IMG/VR virus record: IMGVR_UViG_3300019754_000001
Coordinates: 29,905 to 93,904 of that record
Direction: 5' to 3' (one strand)
Origin: a virus
Length of the DNA: 64,000 nt
Every line of letters begins with the position of its first letter. Positions within the stretch are counted from its first letter, which is position 1. Below, in pieces: positions 40,939 to 51,944 of this stretch. A program made the translations under genes and the position numbers. The notes beneath the pieces were generated by a model that had not been told where the DNA came from, searched no databases, and saw only the letters and a list, made by a program, of their open reading frames with translations.

Positions 40939-43038
40939 TTACTGAGGAGTTGCTAGTATTAAATCGAAGTTATCGTCTAATTCTAGTTTTTTAATTGTTC
41001 CATTCTTTGTAATGAACAAGCCACCAGAAGTACCACTTTTAAGTGTGATGTTTCCAAACATTACATCATATTCAGGTCTTGCGTCTAGTTCATCTTCTAA
41101 CCCAGTTATATCTGATATTGGATGCGTATGATTAATTGCTGCGTAGTCTAAGTCAATGAGTGCTGCTTGTAGAGCTGCTATATCAACTTCTGCTTCTATC
41201 TTAACTACGTTATTTGTATTTGTAACATTTATATTTACATAGTTATTTAAAGTATCTCCTACAAAAACAACTTCACCTACTAATTTATTATTTCCTATCT
41301 GAATCTTATTAACTATTTGATCTGTTAACCAATCTAAGTTATTAGGGTCCATAGCTAATCCTTCATTTGCTACAATTATAAGGCCTCCATTAGCCTTAAC
41401 CATTACTGAGATAGCATCATTCACTAAATCCATAAGCAAAGCACCACTCGTACTATTTGCAACATTACTAGCTAAATGCCACCCCTCTACTTTATGGTTT
41501 CCAATTAATACACCGTTTGGGTCAAACTCTAAAGCTATATGGTCAGTTGACAACTTAAGTTCTAAACCATCGTTATGATTTAATCCAATAGCTTTATCCC
41601 CATTAGCTACTGAAGTATTTAAGTGTATTGAGTTGACGCCATCATCTCCTGTTATAAATTCTTTTATAGTAACTTCATCCTCTTCTGATATATCTAAAGA
41701 AGTATAATCAACCTTTACATTAACACCATCAGAATTAACCTCTACCCCTTTACCTGGTTTAACATATAAATCATCGTACCCATCAGTATTTGAAGTAATT
41801 ACTGTTAATCCAGGATATTCAGGATTATCTATTGTTGGAGTAGTATTTAATAAGTCTTCAACATTAACTTTAATTAAATTTCTATCCTCTCCGTCAGTAG
41901 GTGTTCCAGGGTCTATTGCTAAACCGTCAGATACGAGTGCATCAGAATCTACCTCTAAATTAACATACCCATCAGAATTAGATACGTAAGAAGATAAACC
42001 AAATCCCATAATAGCCTCTGCATTGACTTTTATAGGGGAAGTTTTTATACCATCTACATTAGCAGTACCTTCATCTAAACCATCTCCAAATGTACCATCT
42101 TCTAGGTGGGATGCGTTTATAGAATTTAACTTAACTCTTAATTTAAATTCTGAGTCCATATAGATAGTTCCTACTGAATCGACTTCAGTATGCACATAAT
42201 CTTCCATGTATAATCCAGATTGGAAGTTTGTATAGTATGTACTATTAGGGCTAAGTAAATAATCAGGGATAGCCACATTAAATAGCAATTCCCAACTCTC
42301 CCCAGAGCAGTAGTATACTTTTCCTCTAGTGTTTAAATTATCTGTTTTTCTGTAGTCTATTTGATTAGTTCCAATAGCATCTTCTGCAATAAAACGAGTC
42401 TCATTACCAACATCATTAGCACCTATAGCTATCCACACATCACCTGCATTACTTCTAAAATTTCCTATGTCTGATAGTTCTATAACTTTCTTACCATCCC
42501 CCAAACTAAGCATTAGCTTAATGTTGTTTGCAGTTGATGGCTGTGTTATTGTAGGAGAACATGATGTGCAGTTCTGTACTGTGGGCTGTATTGAATCACA
42601 GCAGTCAGGTCTATCTAACCACCACGTAGCTAAATTAATATTCCAACCCGTTCCTGTATCTCCTTTATCTCCTTTAGCTCCTTTTACATTATCCATATCA
42701 AATAACTCAACATAGGCCTCATCAACTTCGTCCATATACTTTATATACATTATGTTATTCTCTACTTTAAACATTGGAGTTTTGCCGTCTTTGGCTACTA
42801 TATACTCAGGGTGTTGGAAAAAGTCATCCCCAGCATGCCTAACTCTACGATATTGATGAGGCTCTATTTTATTACTTAGATTTCGTGAATCCGGATGCTC
42901 ATATGGGATAAATGTATCTTCCCAAAATGTACCATCTGCTGAATATTGAATCTCTTCTATATAGATATACTTTCCATTCTCAAATAAAAAGACGCCCCTA
43001 TTAAACTGGTCTTTAGAGACATTTATTATTTTTGCCAT
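40939..43038 (-). CDS. tail fibre protein
   Basis: 699 aa; KGAKGDKGDTG, repeated G(D/F/K)GL shaft-like units, HTHPISDITGL repeat. Confidence 0.7.
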   Translation of the reverse strand: MAKIINVSKDQFNRGVFLFENGKYIYIEEIQYSADGTFWEDTFIPYEHPDSRNLSNKIEPHQYRRVRHAGDDFFQHPEYIVAKDGKTPMFKVENNIMYIKYMDEVDEAYVELFDMDNVKGAKGDKGDTGTGWNINLATWWLDRPDCCDSIQPTVQNCTSCSPTITQPSTANNIKLMLSLGDGKKVIELSDIGNFRSNAGDVWIAIGANDVGNETRFIAEDAIGTNQIDYRKTDNLNTRGKVYYCSGESWELLFNVAIPDYLLSPNSTYYTNFQSGLYMEDYVHTEVDSVGTIYMDSEFKLRVKLNSINASHLEDGTFGDGLDEGTANVDGIKTSPIKVNAEAIMGFGLSSYVSNSDGYVNLEVDSDALVSDGLAIDPGTPTDGEDRNLIKVNVEDLLNTTPTIDNPEYPGLTVITSNTDGYDDLYVKPGKGVEVNSDGVNVKVDYTSLDISEEDEVTIKEFITGDDGVNSIHLNTSVANGDKAIGLNHNDGLELKLSTDHIALEFDPNGVLIGNHKVEGWHLASNVANSTSGALLMDLVNDAISVMVKANGGLIIVANEGLAMDPNNLDWLTDQIVNKIQIGNNKLVGEVVFVGDTLNNYVNINVTNTNNVVKIEAEVDIAALQAALIDLDYAAINHTHPISDITGLEDELDARPEYDVMFGNITLKSGTSGGLFITKNGTIKKLELDDNFDLILATPQ

Positions 43039-43562
43039 ATTGCTAAAATTCGATTAAACTTATCAAGTGTGTTGTTAATACTTACTTCATCAGTATTTAT
43101 ACTAACATCTACAAGCATTTTATTATACAATGCAACTACATATAGAAGTTGCTTTGCTTCATTCTCTAATTCTTTATTTAAATATACATTATTTAAAATA
43201 GTATCATAGTCTAAATCTTTAGTCAGTTCTACAATACTTGCATCTATTGCAGTTGTAACAACTAATGTTTCTTCAACAGTCTCTACATTATTTATTAAGA
43301 ATTTTAAATGATATACGCCATCCGGAATATCCATACCTGGAAAAAGTCCCAAGGTACCTGACGTTATTCTAATCATCTCCCTCTCTTGTCTTACCGTATT
43401 CATATACTCTAATACGTCTAATTCGACTGTGAAAGGAATTTTAGAACTCATGACATACAGTACAATACTATTAATAGTATCGTACTTTAGCGGGTATGTC
43501 TTAGTAGTTACATCTACTATTAATAAATTTTTATTATCCGCTAGTATCGCTTTTATTTCCAT
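43026..43562 (-). CDS. putative tail hub / fibre-attachment protein (start revised to ATG 43562)
   Basis: IPDGVY motif; the ORF-track start at 43598 lies inside the terminator hairpin. Confidence 0.55.
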   Translation of the reverse strand: MEIKAILADNKNLLIVDVTTKTYPLKYDTINSIVLYVMSSKIPFTVELDVLEYMNTVRQEREMIRITSGTLGLFPGMDIPDGVYHLKFLINNVETVEETLVVTTAIDASIVELTKDLDYDTILNNVYLNKELENEAKQLLYVVALYNKMLVDVSINTDEVSINNTLDKFNRILAIWQK

Positions 43563-43570
43563 ATAGATAC

Positions 43571-43597
43571 AAAAAAGGGGAGAACAAAGCCTCCCCA
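43571..43597 (-). terminator. intrinsic terminator ending the capsid gene block
   Basis: Minus strand ggggag-gctttgtt-ctcccc followed by T6. Confidence 0.85.
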
Positions 43598-43606
43598 TTT
43601 TTAAAT

Positions 43607-44977
43607 TTATACATCTATTGCGGCACCAAAGTTAGCACCTGCTGTTATCTCATTACCACCATTAGGTATAGTATTTGCAGTAGCATTGATTACACCAATA
43701 TCTACCATCAAAGCATTAAGGACAGTTAAAACACCATCTCCTGCAGCTCCTCCAATTCCTGTTCCATTTAAAATGTTGGTTCCAAGTGTTGCAGTTGCTG
43801 GAGTTAACAAGGCTTCATAAGTTCCACGTTGTAAATAAATTACCGTAGAAGAAGGCTGTCCGTTTGTCTCGACAGTGTTAATCCTTTCCGATGTTTCGGT
43901 TTGAAACATTACAGAACTGTAACCTGTACCTGCATCTGTAACAACCGATGGGTTTTGAAATTCTACAGTTTGTAGAGCATTCCTACCGAAGTAGCTTTGA
44001 TGTGCAATCTCTCCATTAGCTACAAGTTCGTGGCGTCCACTTCCAAAATCACCATAATCTTCTACTAAGGTAGTGTTGTAAAAGTTACCTGCCATAACAT
44101 CTATTGTTGCTTTCATATAAGCTTCATATCCATTTTTTTGTCCGTATATTCCCGGTTCTATTTTAATACCATAATTATCTCCAGAAGTAGAAGATGTATC
44201 GGCGATATATGCAATAGATACAGAAGCTTGTGTGGTTCCATTATACTCTTTGTCCAATGTAACTACTGAATTAACAGAGTCAATTGCTGTGACAGTATAT
44301 ACTCCAGCAGCTTCAGTTCCATAGATACCTACATAGCCAGGAATTTTATAAGCTCCACCGAGTACAGGAGTTCCACCACCATAAGATACAGCTTTACTTC
44401 CTCTAGTTACAGCGGCAGTAGTTAAACCTGCAGCACCCGTAGCATCAGTAACAACCGTTGCTTTTGGAGTAGCTTCATTAAACTGTGTAAAGTTTAAAGA
44501 TAATAGTTTAACTAATGAATTGGCAATGTTAAACTGTGAGTCTCCAGAGGCTGCAGATGTATAGTTAACCTTAGTTATATAAGGATTAGCATTACCTACA
44601 GAAATGTTTGATTCAAACTCAAGTCCAACCATATAGTTGTTTACACCAACAACATCAATAAATCCATTTGTTCCATCACTACCAATAACATAGGAGAATG
44701 GCTTAGCTTGTAAGAATTTACTAGACTTGAAAGACTTAACATCTTTTTTCTTATACATTGGAGAATATATTGGCGATTGACCATTAGACCCTTGTACAAT
44801 TTGGAATGCTTTAGCAGCTTTTGCCTTAGCTTCAGTGTTTATAATTTTACCACCTTGGTCTAAGACTAGAATCTCTCCAGGAGCTAATAACTCGTTTAAG
44901 TTAGAATCTAAGAGGCCAACTGTACGTGTACAATTCTTGGCTACAAATACTCTTTTAAAATTTGATCCGTTTGTCAT
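43607..44977 (-). CDS. auxiliary capsid / abundant structural protein
   Basis: 456 aa, G/T/A-rich; high-expression codons; position after the MCP block and before a terminator. Confidence 0.6.
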   Translation of the reverse strand: MTNGSNFKRVFVAKNCTRTVGLLDSNLNELLAPGEILVLDQGGKIINTEAKAKAAKAFQIVQGSNGQSPIYSPMYKKKDVKSFKSSKFLQAKPFSYVIGSDGTNGFIDVVGVNNYMVGLEFESNISVGNANPYITKVNYTSAASGDSQFNIANSLVKLLSLNFTQFNEATPKATVVTDATGAAGLTTAAVTRGSKAVSYGGGTPVLGGAYKIPGYVGIYGTEAAGVYTVTAIDSVNSVVTLDKEYNGTTQASVSIAYIADTSSTSGDNYGIKIEPGIYGQKNGYEAYMKATIDVMAGNFYNTTLVEDYGDFGSGRHELVANGEIAHQSYFGRNALQTVEFQNPSVVTDAGTGYSSVMFQTETSERINTVETNGQPSSTVIYLQRGTYEALLTPATATLGTNILNGTGIGGAAGDGVLTVLNALMVDIGVINATANTIPNGGNEITAGANFGAAIDV

Positions 44978-44979
44978 TA

Positions 44980-45153
44980 TTATTTACTTTTAGTTCCCTC
45001 TACTTGAGGAGTTTTAGTGTCAATGTCTGATTTTGTATTAGTTTCAGTAACTTCTATTGTCTTTAACATATCAGTTAGCTTACTAACTAACTTTTCTAGG
45101 TTCATAATCTTGTCGGTTAATTTACCGATTTCTCTTAATATTTCGTTATTCAT
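44980..45153 (-). CDS. small coiled-coil protein (likely start ATG 45153)
   Basis: MNNEILRE...; start overlaps the end of the upstream gene; the ORF track gives a longer non-ATG start. Confidence 0.55.
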   Translation of the reverse strand: MNNEILREIGKLTDKIMNLEKLVSKLTDMLKTIEVTETNTKSDIDTKTPQVEGTKSK

Positions 45154-46045
45154 CTTCACGCTTTTCTTTATCCGCAATCTGATATTTTTGTAATTCAGGT
45201 ATGCTTGCTTGTATTACTAGTGATACAGCTATATCTACTATCTCATCATGTACCGCTGGGTGTAGTTCACAGTCAACTTTACCGGCTGGATATATTGTAT
45301 CTACAACAATCCTTCTAGGTCGTTTTACATATGACATTCTATAAGACTCTACTATAAAATCTTTACCTGGTATTAAATGGTTTATACGACTTGTGCTCAA
45401 AGATGTAGTAGCTGTATCTCCAGCAATGACTCCACCTTTAGGAGCTAAGGATGTAAATCCATTAATAGCACTAGCAGGTGTAAAATTACCTGTTTCTATT
45501 CTCCATACAGTATGCTTACCTGGATTTTCATATATATTGTTAATATCAGACATATACTTCTCTAAAGGAATTCTTTTAACAGGAACGTTAGTTCTTATCT
45601 CCATCCCTCTAGATATAGTAGCATGCTCTGATAGAATATATAAAGCTTCATTTGGGTAGTTGCACATTACGCCATATCTACTTATAGAAGCATCATACTC
45701 ATATGTTTCTCCTAGTTCAACAGTGTATCCTTCTTCAAGCTCTTGATAATCTAAATCTGGAGTTCTAAAAGCTCCATTATTTTCATTACCCTCTATGAAA
45801 TCACCATTCGCTTTTTCAAATAGGTATGTAGAAGATATAATAGAGCTTAAATCTAAATCTCTTTTAGTGTCTATACCAACACCCTTTTGTTTTGTATTTG
45901 CATCAGCGATTGTCCTTCTCGTTACAAACTCATCCTGCGCATGATTAAGCACAACTGACTTTTCTCTATCATCTAAGTTAAGTAATGAGTAGTTAGAACT
46001 TTTAAGTTTCCTTACAAGTTCTTGACCCATAGTATTTCCGTCCAT
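45146..46045 (-). CDS. portal-proximal tail ring / adaptor protein
   Basis: EKSVVLNHAQ, YVKRP and CELHPAVHDEIVDIAV motifs typical of this crAss-like gene. Confidence 0.7.
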   Translation of the reverse strand: MDGNTMGQELVRKLKSSNYSLLNLDDREKSVVLNHAQDEFVTRRTIADANTKQKGVGIDTKRDLDLSSIISSTYLFEKANGDFIEGNENNGAFRTPDLDYQELEEGYTVELGETYEYDASISRYGVMCNYPNEALYILSEHATISRGMEIRTNVPVKRIPLEKYMSDINNIYENPGKHTVWRIETGNFTPASAINGFTSLAPKGGVIAGDTATTSLSTSRINHLIPGKDFIVESYRMSYVKRPRRIVVDTIYPAGKVDCELHPAVHDEIVDIAVSLVIQASIPELQKYQIADKEKREDE

Positions 46046-46896
46046 TATTTAATTCTTTCTTTTAGCAATTGTAATTCTTTTTGGTCTTCCAAAGATTCTA
46101 GCTTCTTGATGTACTTAACAACGTCTTGAATACTTCTACCAATTACTGTACCATTTGCATAGTTAGCTCTAATCTCACCACTTTGTTTAACAAATGCACC
46201 CTTATGTAGTCCTCTATAGTAAATGACTTTGTATTTATAATCTACATCTTTCATAATGTCCAAGAACATTTCTGAGTGGTCTTCTGTATAAGAATAAAGT
46301 TGTAGTTTTGCAGCTTCTAAGTTACCCTCTAGTGGTAAGTTAGCTCCTCTACCCATATAAGCAACTAAGAAGAAGTTGTATATTTTAGAAAAACTTACAG
46401 ACACCTCACTAAATAATGAGAGTACATTAAGTTTTATTTCCATCTTACTGTTAAGAGATTGATTAACCTCTGAACTTTTTTCTAAGTAGAATAAAAATTC
46501 TCCACCCTTAGACTCTTCATAAGAAGGAGCAATATCTCTAGAGTTTGCTAATAAAATCTTATAGTGTACGTACTCTAGGGGGTTATTTAAGTTAAGCTCT
46601 AAAGACTCAGGATAGGGAATACTTACTACAAATCTCCTATCTGTTTTCCATACATTACCATTAAGCAGTGTATGACTAAGCCATCCAGGGCCTCTACTAG
46701 AATCTAAAACCTTTTCTAAATAAACTTGCTCTTCATCTGTTAGCACTTTAACAACTCCGCTATAATTGAAAGGAGCGGGATATGAAGTGGAAGTACCCTC
46801 CCACCTCAGATGTCCGTCCTTACCTTCTGGAATCCATGTTGATTTGTAACTATCTGTTACTTTAACTTTTACTGTTTCTTCCGGTAATGTAAACAT
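46045..46896 (-). CDS. conserved crAss-like protein downstream of MCP
   Basis: LNLNNPLEYVHYKILLAN...IAPS motif; synteny. Confidence 0.65.
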   Translation of the reverse strand: MFTLPEETVKVKVTDSYKSTWIPEGKDGHLRWEGTSTSYPAPFNYSGVVKVLTDEEQVYLEKVLDSSRGPGWLSHTLLNGNVWKTDRRFVVSIPYPESLELNLNNPLEYVHYKILLANSRDIAPSYEESKGGEFLFYLEKSSEVNQSLNSKMEIKLNVLSLFSEVSVSFSKIYNFFLVAYMGRGANLPLEGNLEAAKLQLYSYTEDHSEMFLDIMKDVDYKYKVIYYRGLHKGAFVKQSGEIRANYANGTVIGRSIQDVVKYIKKLESLEDQKELQLLKERIK

Positions 46897-46907
46897 AATT
46901 TAAAATT

Positions 46908-48365
46908 CTAATATAAAATGTTGGGTCTGTAAATCATAGTATTTTTAGGGTTATTAATAGTAACCATAAATTGTGACATGCGTCGCTCTGACCATGCATC
47001 TTTAAGTGAAGCTACACTTCGTTTTACTCCTTCACCTGTTGGTGAGAAAGGACTACGTAAACCCTCTTTAATGACCATAATGTCAGCAGCAGTTTTAACG
47101 TAATGAAGTTTAATATTATCTTCACCTTTAGTTTGTCCTAAGTCCATTACATGGTATTCACGTGAACGTGCAAACCCACCTTTTGGATGTTTTACCCTTG
47201 TTCGTGAATCGTCATCTAACATTGGTTCTAATCGGAAGTCTACTTCAAAACCTGCGGGGTGGCGATATCTACGGAAAGATTGACCAAAACCTTGAGCCAT
47301 ATTTGTACCATAGATAGCATCATTATTAATGAGTGTCCATCCTTGAGCTTTAGCAGAAATAGCATCATGCGCTTGCATCATACCATAAGTACCTGTAGAA
47401 ACTACATAACGTATAATATCTGTAGAAGTCTTACCAACACGTAAGGCTAATAAGTGGTCTGAGAATGCGTCAATATCAAACTCTGAATAGTAATGTAAAT
47501 TACCACGCTCAATTTGTTGAACTATACCATTACCTTCAGAAATCTCAACACCTGACTTTTCGTCAATGTCATCAATACCACCATCTGCATTACGATTGCT
47601 ACGACCCCAAACTACAGTATTAGCTTTCAACTCACGGAAGTGCATGTCGTTTTTATAAGTTCTAAAGTCTTCCCATGTCCAATCATATGTCTTGTCATCA
47701 ACTTGCCAAGCAAATGCAACCGGACGGGCTTTCATGTTACCAGGAACATCATCCTGTACTGAAACACTTGACCAATCAAATGTAATAGCATAAGGACTAG
47801 AGTAACTTGTCTTAGCACCTTTCATAGAGTCAGTCAACGGTACAGGTGCACCCTCACGACTCCAAGTACTACCTTTTTTCAATTCAGTAGGTGGGATGAA
47901 TTTAGTTGCAGGGCCGAATACCTTACAAGTATATTCCCATCCACCAGCAGCTTCAAAGCCGTCTGATATGATACGAATTTTGTATCTATCACTCATACCT
48001 ATAATAGTATGCACATCACTAAAGAAAGGCGAATCAAATACCATTGTAAACTCAGCTTTATTCATACCTACACGATTCATATCATCTGCACGGTAGCTAA
48101 GTAATGTTGCGTATTTACGACCTTCACCATATATTTTCATATTGATTGGAGAGTCATCATCCTCATATTTTACTTCTGTTACCATTCTAAGGTATTCCTC
48201 GTAAGTGAGAGCCTTACTGTTAGCATTACCGATATAGGTCATTATATCACTTCCCCACTTAGGTTCAGTCATTCTTGCATTAGCTAAATGTTTTGATGTT
48301 GTGTAGCCACTCCATTCAGGACCTGGAGAGAATAGCTTACCATCTAATCTTAAATTTGTATCCAT
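46908..48365 (-). CDS. major capsid protein
   Basis: 485 aa; size, position after portal/scaffold, GNGIVQQI and TGTYGM motifs, strong codon bias (cgt, ggt). Confidence 0.85.
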   Translation of the reverse strand: MDTNLRLDGKLFSPGPEWSGYTTSKHLANARMTEPKWGSDIMTYIGNANSKALTYEEYLRMVTEVKYEDDDSPINMKIYGEGRKYATLLSYRADDMNRVGMNKAEFTMVFDSPFFSDVHTIIGMSDRYKIRIISDGFEAAGGWEYTCKVFGPATKFIPPTELKKGSTWSREGAPVPLTDSMKGAKTSYSSPYAITFDWSSVSVQDDVPGNMKARPVAFAWQVDDKTYDWTWEDFRTYKNDMHFRELKANTVVWGRSNRNADGGIDDIDEKSGVEISEGNGIVQQIERGNLHYYSEFDIDAFSDHLLALRVGKTSTDIIRYVVSTGTYGMMQAHDAISAKAQGWTLINNDAIYGTNMAQGFGQSFRRYRHPAGFEVDFRLEPMLDDDSRTRVKHPKGGFARSREYHVMDLGQTKGEDNIKLHYVKTAADIMVIKEGLRSPFSPTGEGVKRSVASLKDAWSERRMSQFMVTINNPKNTMIYRPNILY

Positions 48366-48367
48366 TT

Positions 48368-49474
48368 TTAATTACTTTTTAACCCTGCTGCTAAACCAGC
48401 TAATGCAGGAATTGTTTTGCGTGTGTTGGACGAGGAGGGGAGCTTAAAATTAGCTCCACCAAACGCCCCTTTAAGCTGTTCTGTAGCTTCTGATTTTATT
48501 CTATTAACTAGAGAATCTAACTTCCCTGCTTTACCTAGAACACCTTTCATATACAAGTAGTTAACTTGTACCCATATACTAGGGTCTTCATTCATTGCTT
48601 TTTGGATTTCTAATAACTTATCCTTGTCTGATTTTACCGGAATCGACATTAAAGCTTTTAACCTATCTCTATCTTTAGAGGGCATTTCAATACCCCATGT
48701 AGTCTTAGTATCTTCGGCTATCTTATAAAGACTTTCATAGTAAATTTCAATCTCTTTATCTGCTTTTTCTTTATCTTCCTTGAGTCTTTGAATCTCTTGG
48801 TCTTTTCTACTTGATACCATCTCTTTCCATTCTTTATAAAGTTCTGTAGCTTCTTCTGTAAGAACATCTCCATCCTTAAATAATTTAACTCTTCGATCTA
48901 TGTAGCTAGCATCTTTATTGTTGGCTTTAAGTACTTCTTTAATTACATTCTCAGCAACCTCTTCATTACTTAAATCCTTTTCTGTTATTGTTTCTATATA
49001 AGCTTTAGGCTTTGTTTGGTCCATTCCATATTGGCCCGTTGCACTATACACTTCTATATCATTCCTAAGCTTCTCTGGGAATGACTCTATCACCTCTGTA
49101 ACTTTAGCATTTACCTGTTCTTCAAATAATGCTGTTACATCACTAACACTTTTAATATCTCTACCTTCTGGTAAAAGACCACTTTCAACATGCCAGTTAT
49201 ATACAGCTGTAGCTACGCTATCATCAGTAGTTGGCTTAAGGTCTTTTATAGCTGTTTTATCTTCTTCAGTAGAAACTGGTTGCATTCCTTCAGGAACTAT
49301 TATTCCTGCATTAGAATCTACATCTCCTTCTACAACTTCCTCTATCTTTTTATTCTTACCTTCAGCCTCTGCTAACGCGTTAGCTTCTACCTGCTTGTTG
49401 AACTCCTCTAATACATTAGGGTCAACCGTTTTATTTGCAGTTTTTACATCGTCAATAATACCAACTTCTGCCAT
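48368..49474 (-). CDS. putative scaffolding protein
   Basis: 368 aa, acidic and helical, between portal and MCP. Confidence 0.6.
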   Translation of the reverse strand: MAEVGIIDDVKTANKTVDPNVLEEFNKQVEANALAEAEGKNKKIEEVVEGDVDSNAGIIVPEGMQPVSTEEDKTAIKDLKPTTDDSVATAVYNWHVESGLLPEGRDIKSVSDVTALFEEQVNAKVTEVIESFPEKLRNDIEVYSATGQYGMDQTKPKAYIETITEKDLSNEEVAENVIKEVLKANNKDASYIDRRVKLFKDGDVLTEEATELYKEWKEMVSSRKDQEIQRLKEDKEKADKEIEIYYESLYKIAEDTKTTWGIEMPSKDRDRLKALMSIPVKSDKDKLLEIQKAMNEDPSIWVQVNYLYMKGVLGKAGKLDSLVNRIKSEATEQLKGAFGGANFKLPSSSNTRKTIPALAGLAAGLKSN

Positions 49475-49549
49475 TCTTAAAAATTTATCTTTATTATAGT
49501 ATAGCTTTGGGGTGCAAAGTTCAGAAAACGCCTAAAAAGTGTGAAAAAC

Positions 49550-51898
49550 TCACTTTGTAGGTAGATTTTTCTTAGATTTCAGAATTTCTGTTTGAAATTT
49601 TAGATTAATCTCTTTATCTTTCATTGCTAATTCTTTATCCTTTTGCATATTAATCATTCTCTGTTTGATTATTTCAACAGTATCATCCACTCCATTTTCA
49701 TTAGAGTCTTTATAATACTGACTAAATGCATCCGACATAACTTTATCCTCAAGCTTTATTCGTTCAAGTTCTAATTTATATGCTTGTTTCATCTCTTCAA
49801 GCCTAAATTCAAAGTCTTGTTCTTTTTGCAATTTTCTATCCTCAACCTCAGCTTGCGCAGTAATTGCTTCCATCTGTCTTTGATAGTCTTGCTCTCTCAT
49901 TTCTTCTGCTTTAGCTGCATTGGCCGCTTCAAGTTTTTCTTGTGTATTTAACATATCAAATACAGTTCCAGACTTGTAAATACTGGCTAGTTGTGTAATA
50001 GTCATTTGACCATTAGGTATTGCATTAACAGCAGTTTGTTTAATTATATTCTTAAGTTCATCATACTTTCTAGCATTAACTGGCAATAGACCAAATGTAG
50101 ATAGTTTAAAAGAATCAAACGAATCTAATATAACATGGCTAAAGTCATCTAATACAGTTTGTAACCTAGTGTCTGAATTAAGAACAGCTTTAGAGCTTTC
50201 TATTATTAGTTCATAAAATTTAAGCAATACAAGCTCAAACTTCTTAAACCAAATCTCAGTAACTAAACTACTCTGCACCATGCTCCTATTAACATTACCA
50301 ACAAGTTCATGTTGTGCTATGGCACCAAGTCTTTGGTCAGTTACACCAGTAGCTCTTGAAATCATTTGATCAACTACGCCAATCATGTTAAGATATACAG
50401 TTATAGATGAACTAGTATCCATATCATCAACTCTGGTGGGGGAGTTGTATTGACCAGCAAGTTTACCTGTAGAGAATCCTTTATCCCCCTCCTTGAAACT
50501 GTCTGTAACTTTAATCCTGTGGACTTTAATCATAGAATACCACTTCTCTAGAGACCACCCAGTAGGCATCTTAGACAGGTCTAAATTAATTACTTTACCT
50601 GTATTAGTAGCGAGTACATCTTCAATACGTGCAAATAGCATATCTCTGAAATAGATATATGTCTTAACCATATCTATCATTGACCTTGCTTTATTCTTAC
50701 CTACATTAAAAAATTCTCCTACATAGCCACTAAAAGATTCAAAGGGCATATCAGGGTCTCTCAATTGAACTTCCCTAACTTTAGCATTTAATACCATGTC
50801 GCTTCCAACTAGGTCACCTTCGTGCCATTCAGTTACCCACATTGCATTTAATACTTCCCCTTTATCTAAATCAGCTTTATGTTTTTCTGAAACATAATCA
50901 TATTGGATATCTCCAAACTCATCATTGTACTGTCTGTGGTATATTTTCCTATACCCTTTCCAAGAAGCCTTAGCTACTCTAATGTTTCCATCATCGTCAA
51001 TGTATTCGTCTATTGAACCACCACCGATCTGTTTCTGTGTAAATCTATTGAGCTCCTCCATCGTATCAAAAACTAGTTCCTTTTTACTCTCAATAGCTCC
51101 AGCACTACTTTCAAAGCCTGTGTCTAATATCTTTTTTATTTGAGTCTCCGTTAAGACTTCTGCGTACTTATCTAATATTTTTCCTTTAGGAAGGTATTCT
51201 ACTTCTACTATTATTTCAGCATCCCTTATATCACTACTTTGCCCATTTCTAACAGCAAATATATTCTCTGGGGATGGCTTTCTAATAACTAGCCTGCCAT
51301 GCTCTATACCAACATAGAATGTAACAACTGCTGTTATTAGTACCTCCCTAAAAGCTTCAAACTCTAAATAACTAAGGTTATATAGACCTCTGTAGTAAGA
51401 TAATACTCTATTGGCAACTATTTCAGCTTTACTTAAGAATTTAGCATTACTAAACTCCTGTAGCTGTTTTGTTACCATCTCTTCTGTCAAATCTTTTTTT
51501 CCTATCAAATCTACCAACAAACCAAATGCTTTCTTTTTTCTCTCTTCTATTTTTTCAGATATAGCTTCACTATTAAGTGCCGCTATAACATACTCATTAT
51601 CCTTTTCAATAAACTCTCCAACCAGTTCATCTATCCTATCTCTTATTACAGAAAAGTGATCGAATCTTGGATTCAAGTCTTTATTCTTAAGCATGCTTGT
51701 TGTAAATCTTTCTCGTACTTTTTCAGCTTTAATGTCTCCATCGTAAATATCAAAGTTCTCTTTAATATTTTCATTAGAAGGCTTAATGCTATTCTTCTCA
51801 TTTAAAGCTATATTGACAGCTCCTACTACACAATCCTTAAACCAATTAGTGTTCTTTTTGCTCGAAACCACTTTTTGAGTTGGTAGATTATATATCAT
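49550..51898 (-). CDS. portal protein
   Basis: 782 aa; LPTQK N-terminus, TGVTDQRLGAI...ELVGNVNRSMVQSS motif, C-terminal coiled coil. Confidence 0.9.
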   Translation of the reverse strand: MIYNLPTQKVVSSKKNTNWFKDCVVGAVNIALNEKNSIKPSNENIKENFDIYDGDIKAEKVRERFTTSMLKNKDLNPRFDHFSVIRDRIDELVGEFIEKDNEYVIAALNSEAISEKIEERKKKAFGLLVDLIGKKDLTEEMVTKQLQEFSNAKFLSKAEIVANRVLSYYRGLYNLSYLEFEAFREVLITAVVTFYVGIEHGRLVIRKPSPENIFAVRNGQSSDIRDAEIIVEVEYLPKGKILDKYAEVLTETQIKKILDTGFESSAGAIESKKELVFDTMEELNRFTQKQIGGGSIDEYIDDDGNIRVAKASWKGYRKIYHRQYNDEFGDIQYDYVSEKHKADLDKGEVLNAMWVTEWHEGDLVGSDMVLNAKVREVQLRDPDMPFESFSGYVGEFFNVGKNKARSMIDMVKTYIYFRDMLFARIEDVLATNTGKVINLDLSKMPTGWSLEKWYSMIKVHRIKVTDSFKEGDKGFSTGKLAGQYNSPTRVDDMDTSSSITVYLNMIGVVDQMISRATGVTDQRLGAIAQHELVGNVNRSMVQSSLVTEIWFKKFELVLLKFYELIIESSKAVLNSDTRLQTVLDDFSHVILDSFDSFKLSTFGLLPVNARKYDELKNIIKQTAVNAIPNGQMTITQLASIYKSGTVFDMLNTQEKLEAANAAKAEEMREQDYQRQMEAITAQAEVEDRKLQKEQDFEFRLEEMKQAYKLELERIKLEDKVMSDAFSQYYKDSNENGVDDTVEIIKQRMINMQKDKELAMKDKEINLKFQTEILKSKKNLPTK

Positions 51899-51902
51899 AT
51901 TG

Positions 51903-51933
51903 TAAAGGTATTAAAAATTGTCCACATATCAAA
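51903..51933 (-). promoter_or_regulatory. near-consensus Bacteroidota promoter abutting the portal start codon
   Basis: TTTG (51933-51930), N19, TACCTTTA (51910-51903). Confidence 0.5.
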
Positions 51934-51944
51934 TACGTATTGTT

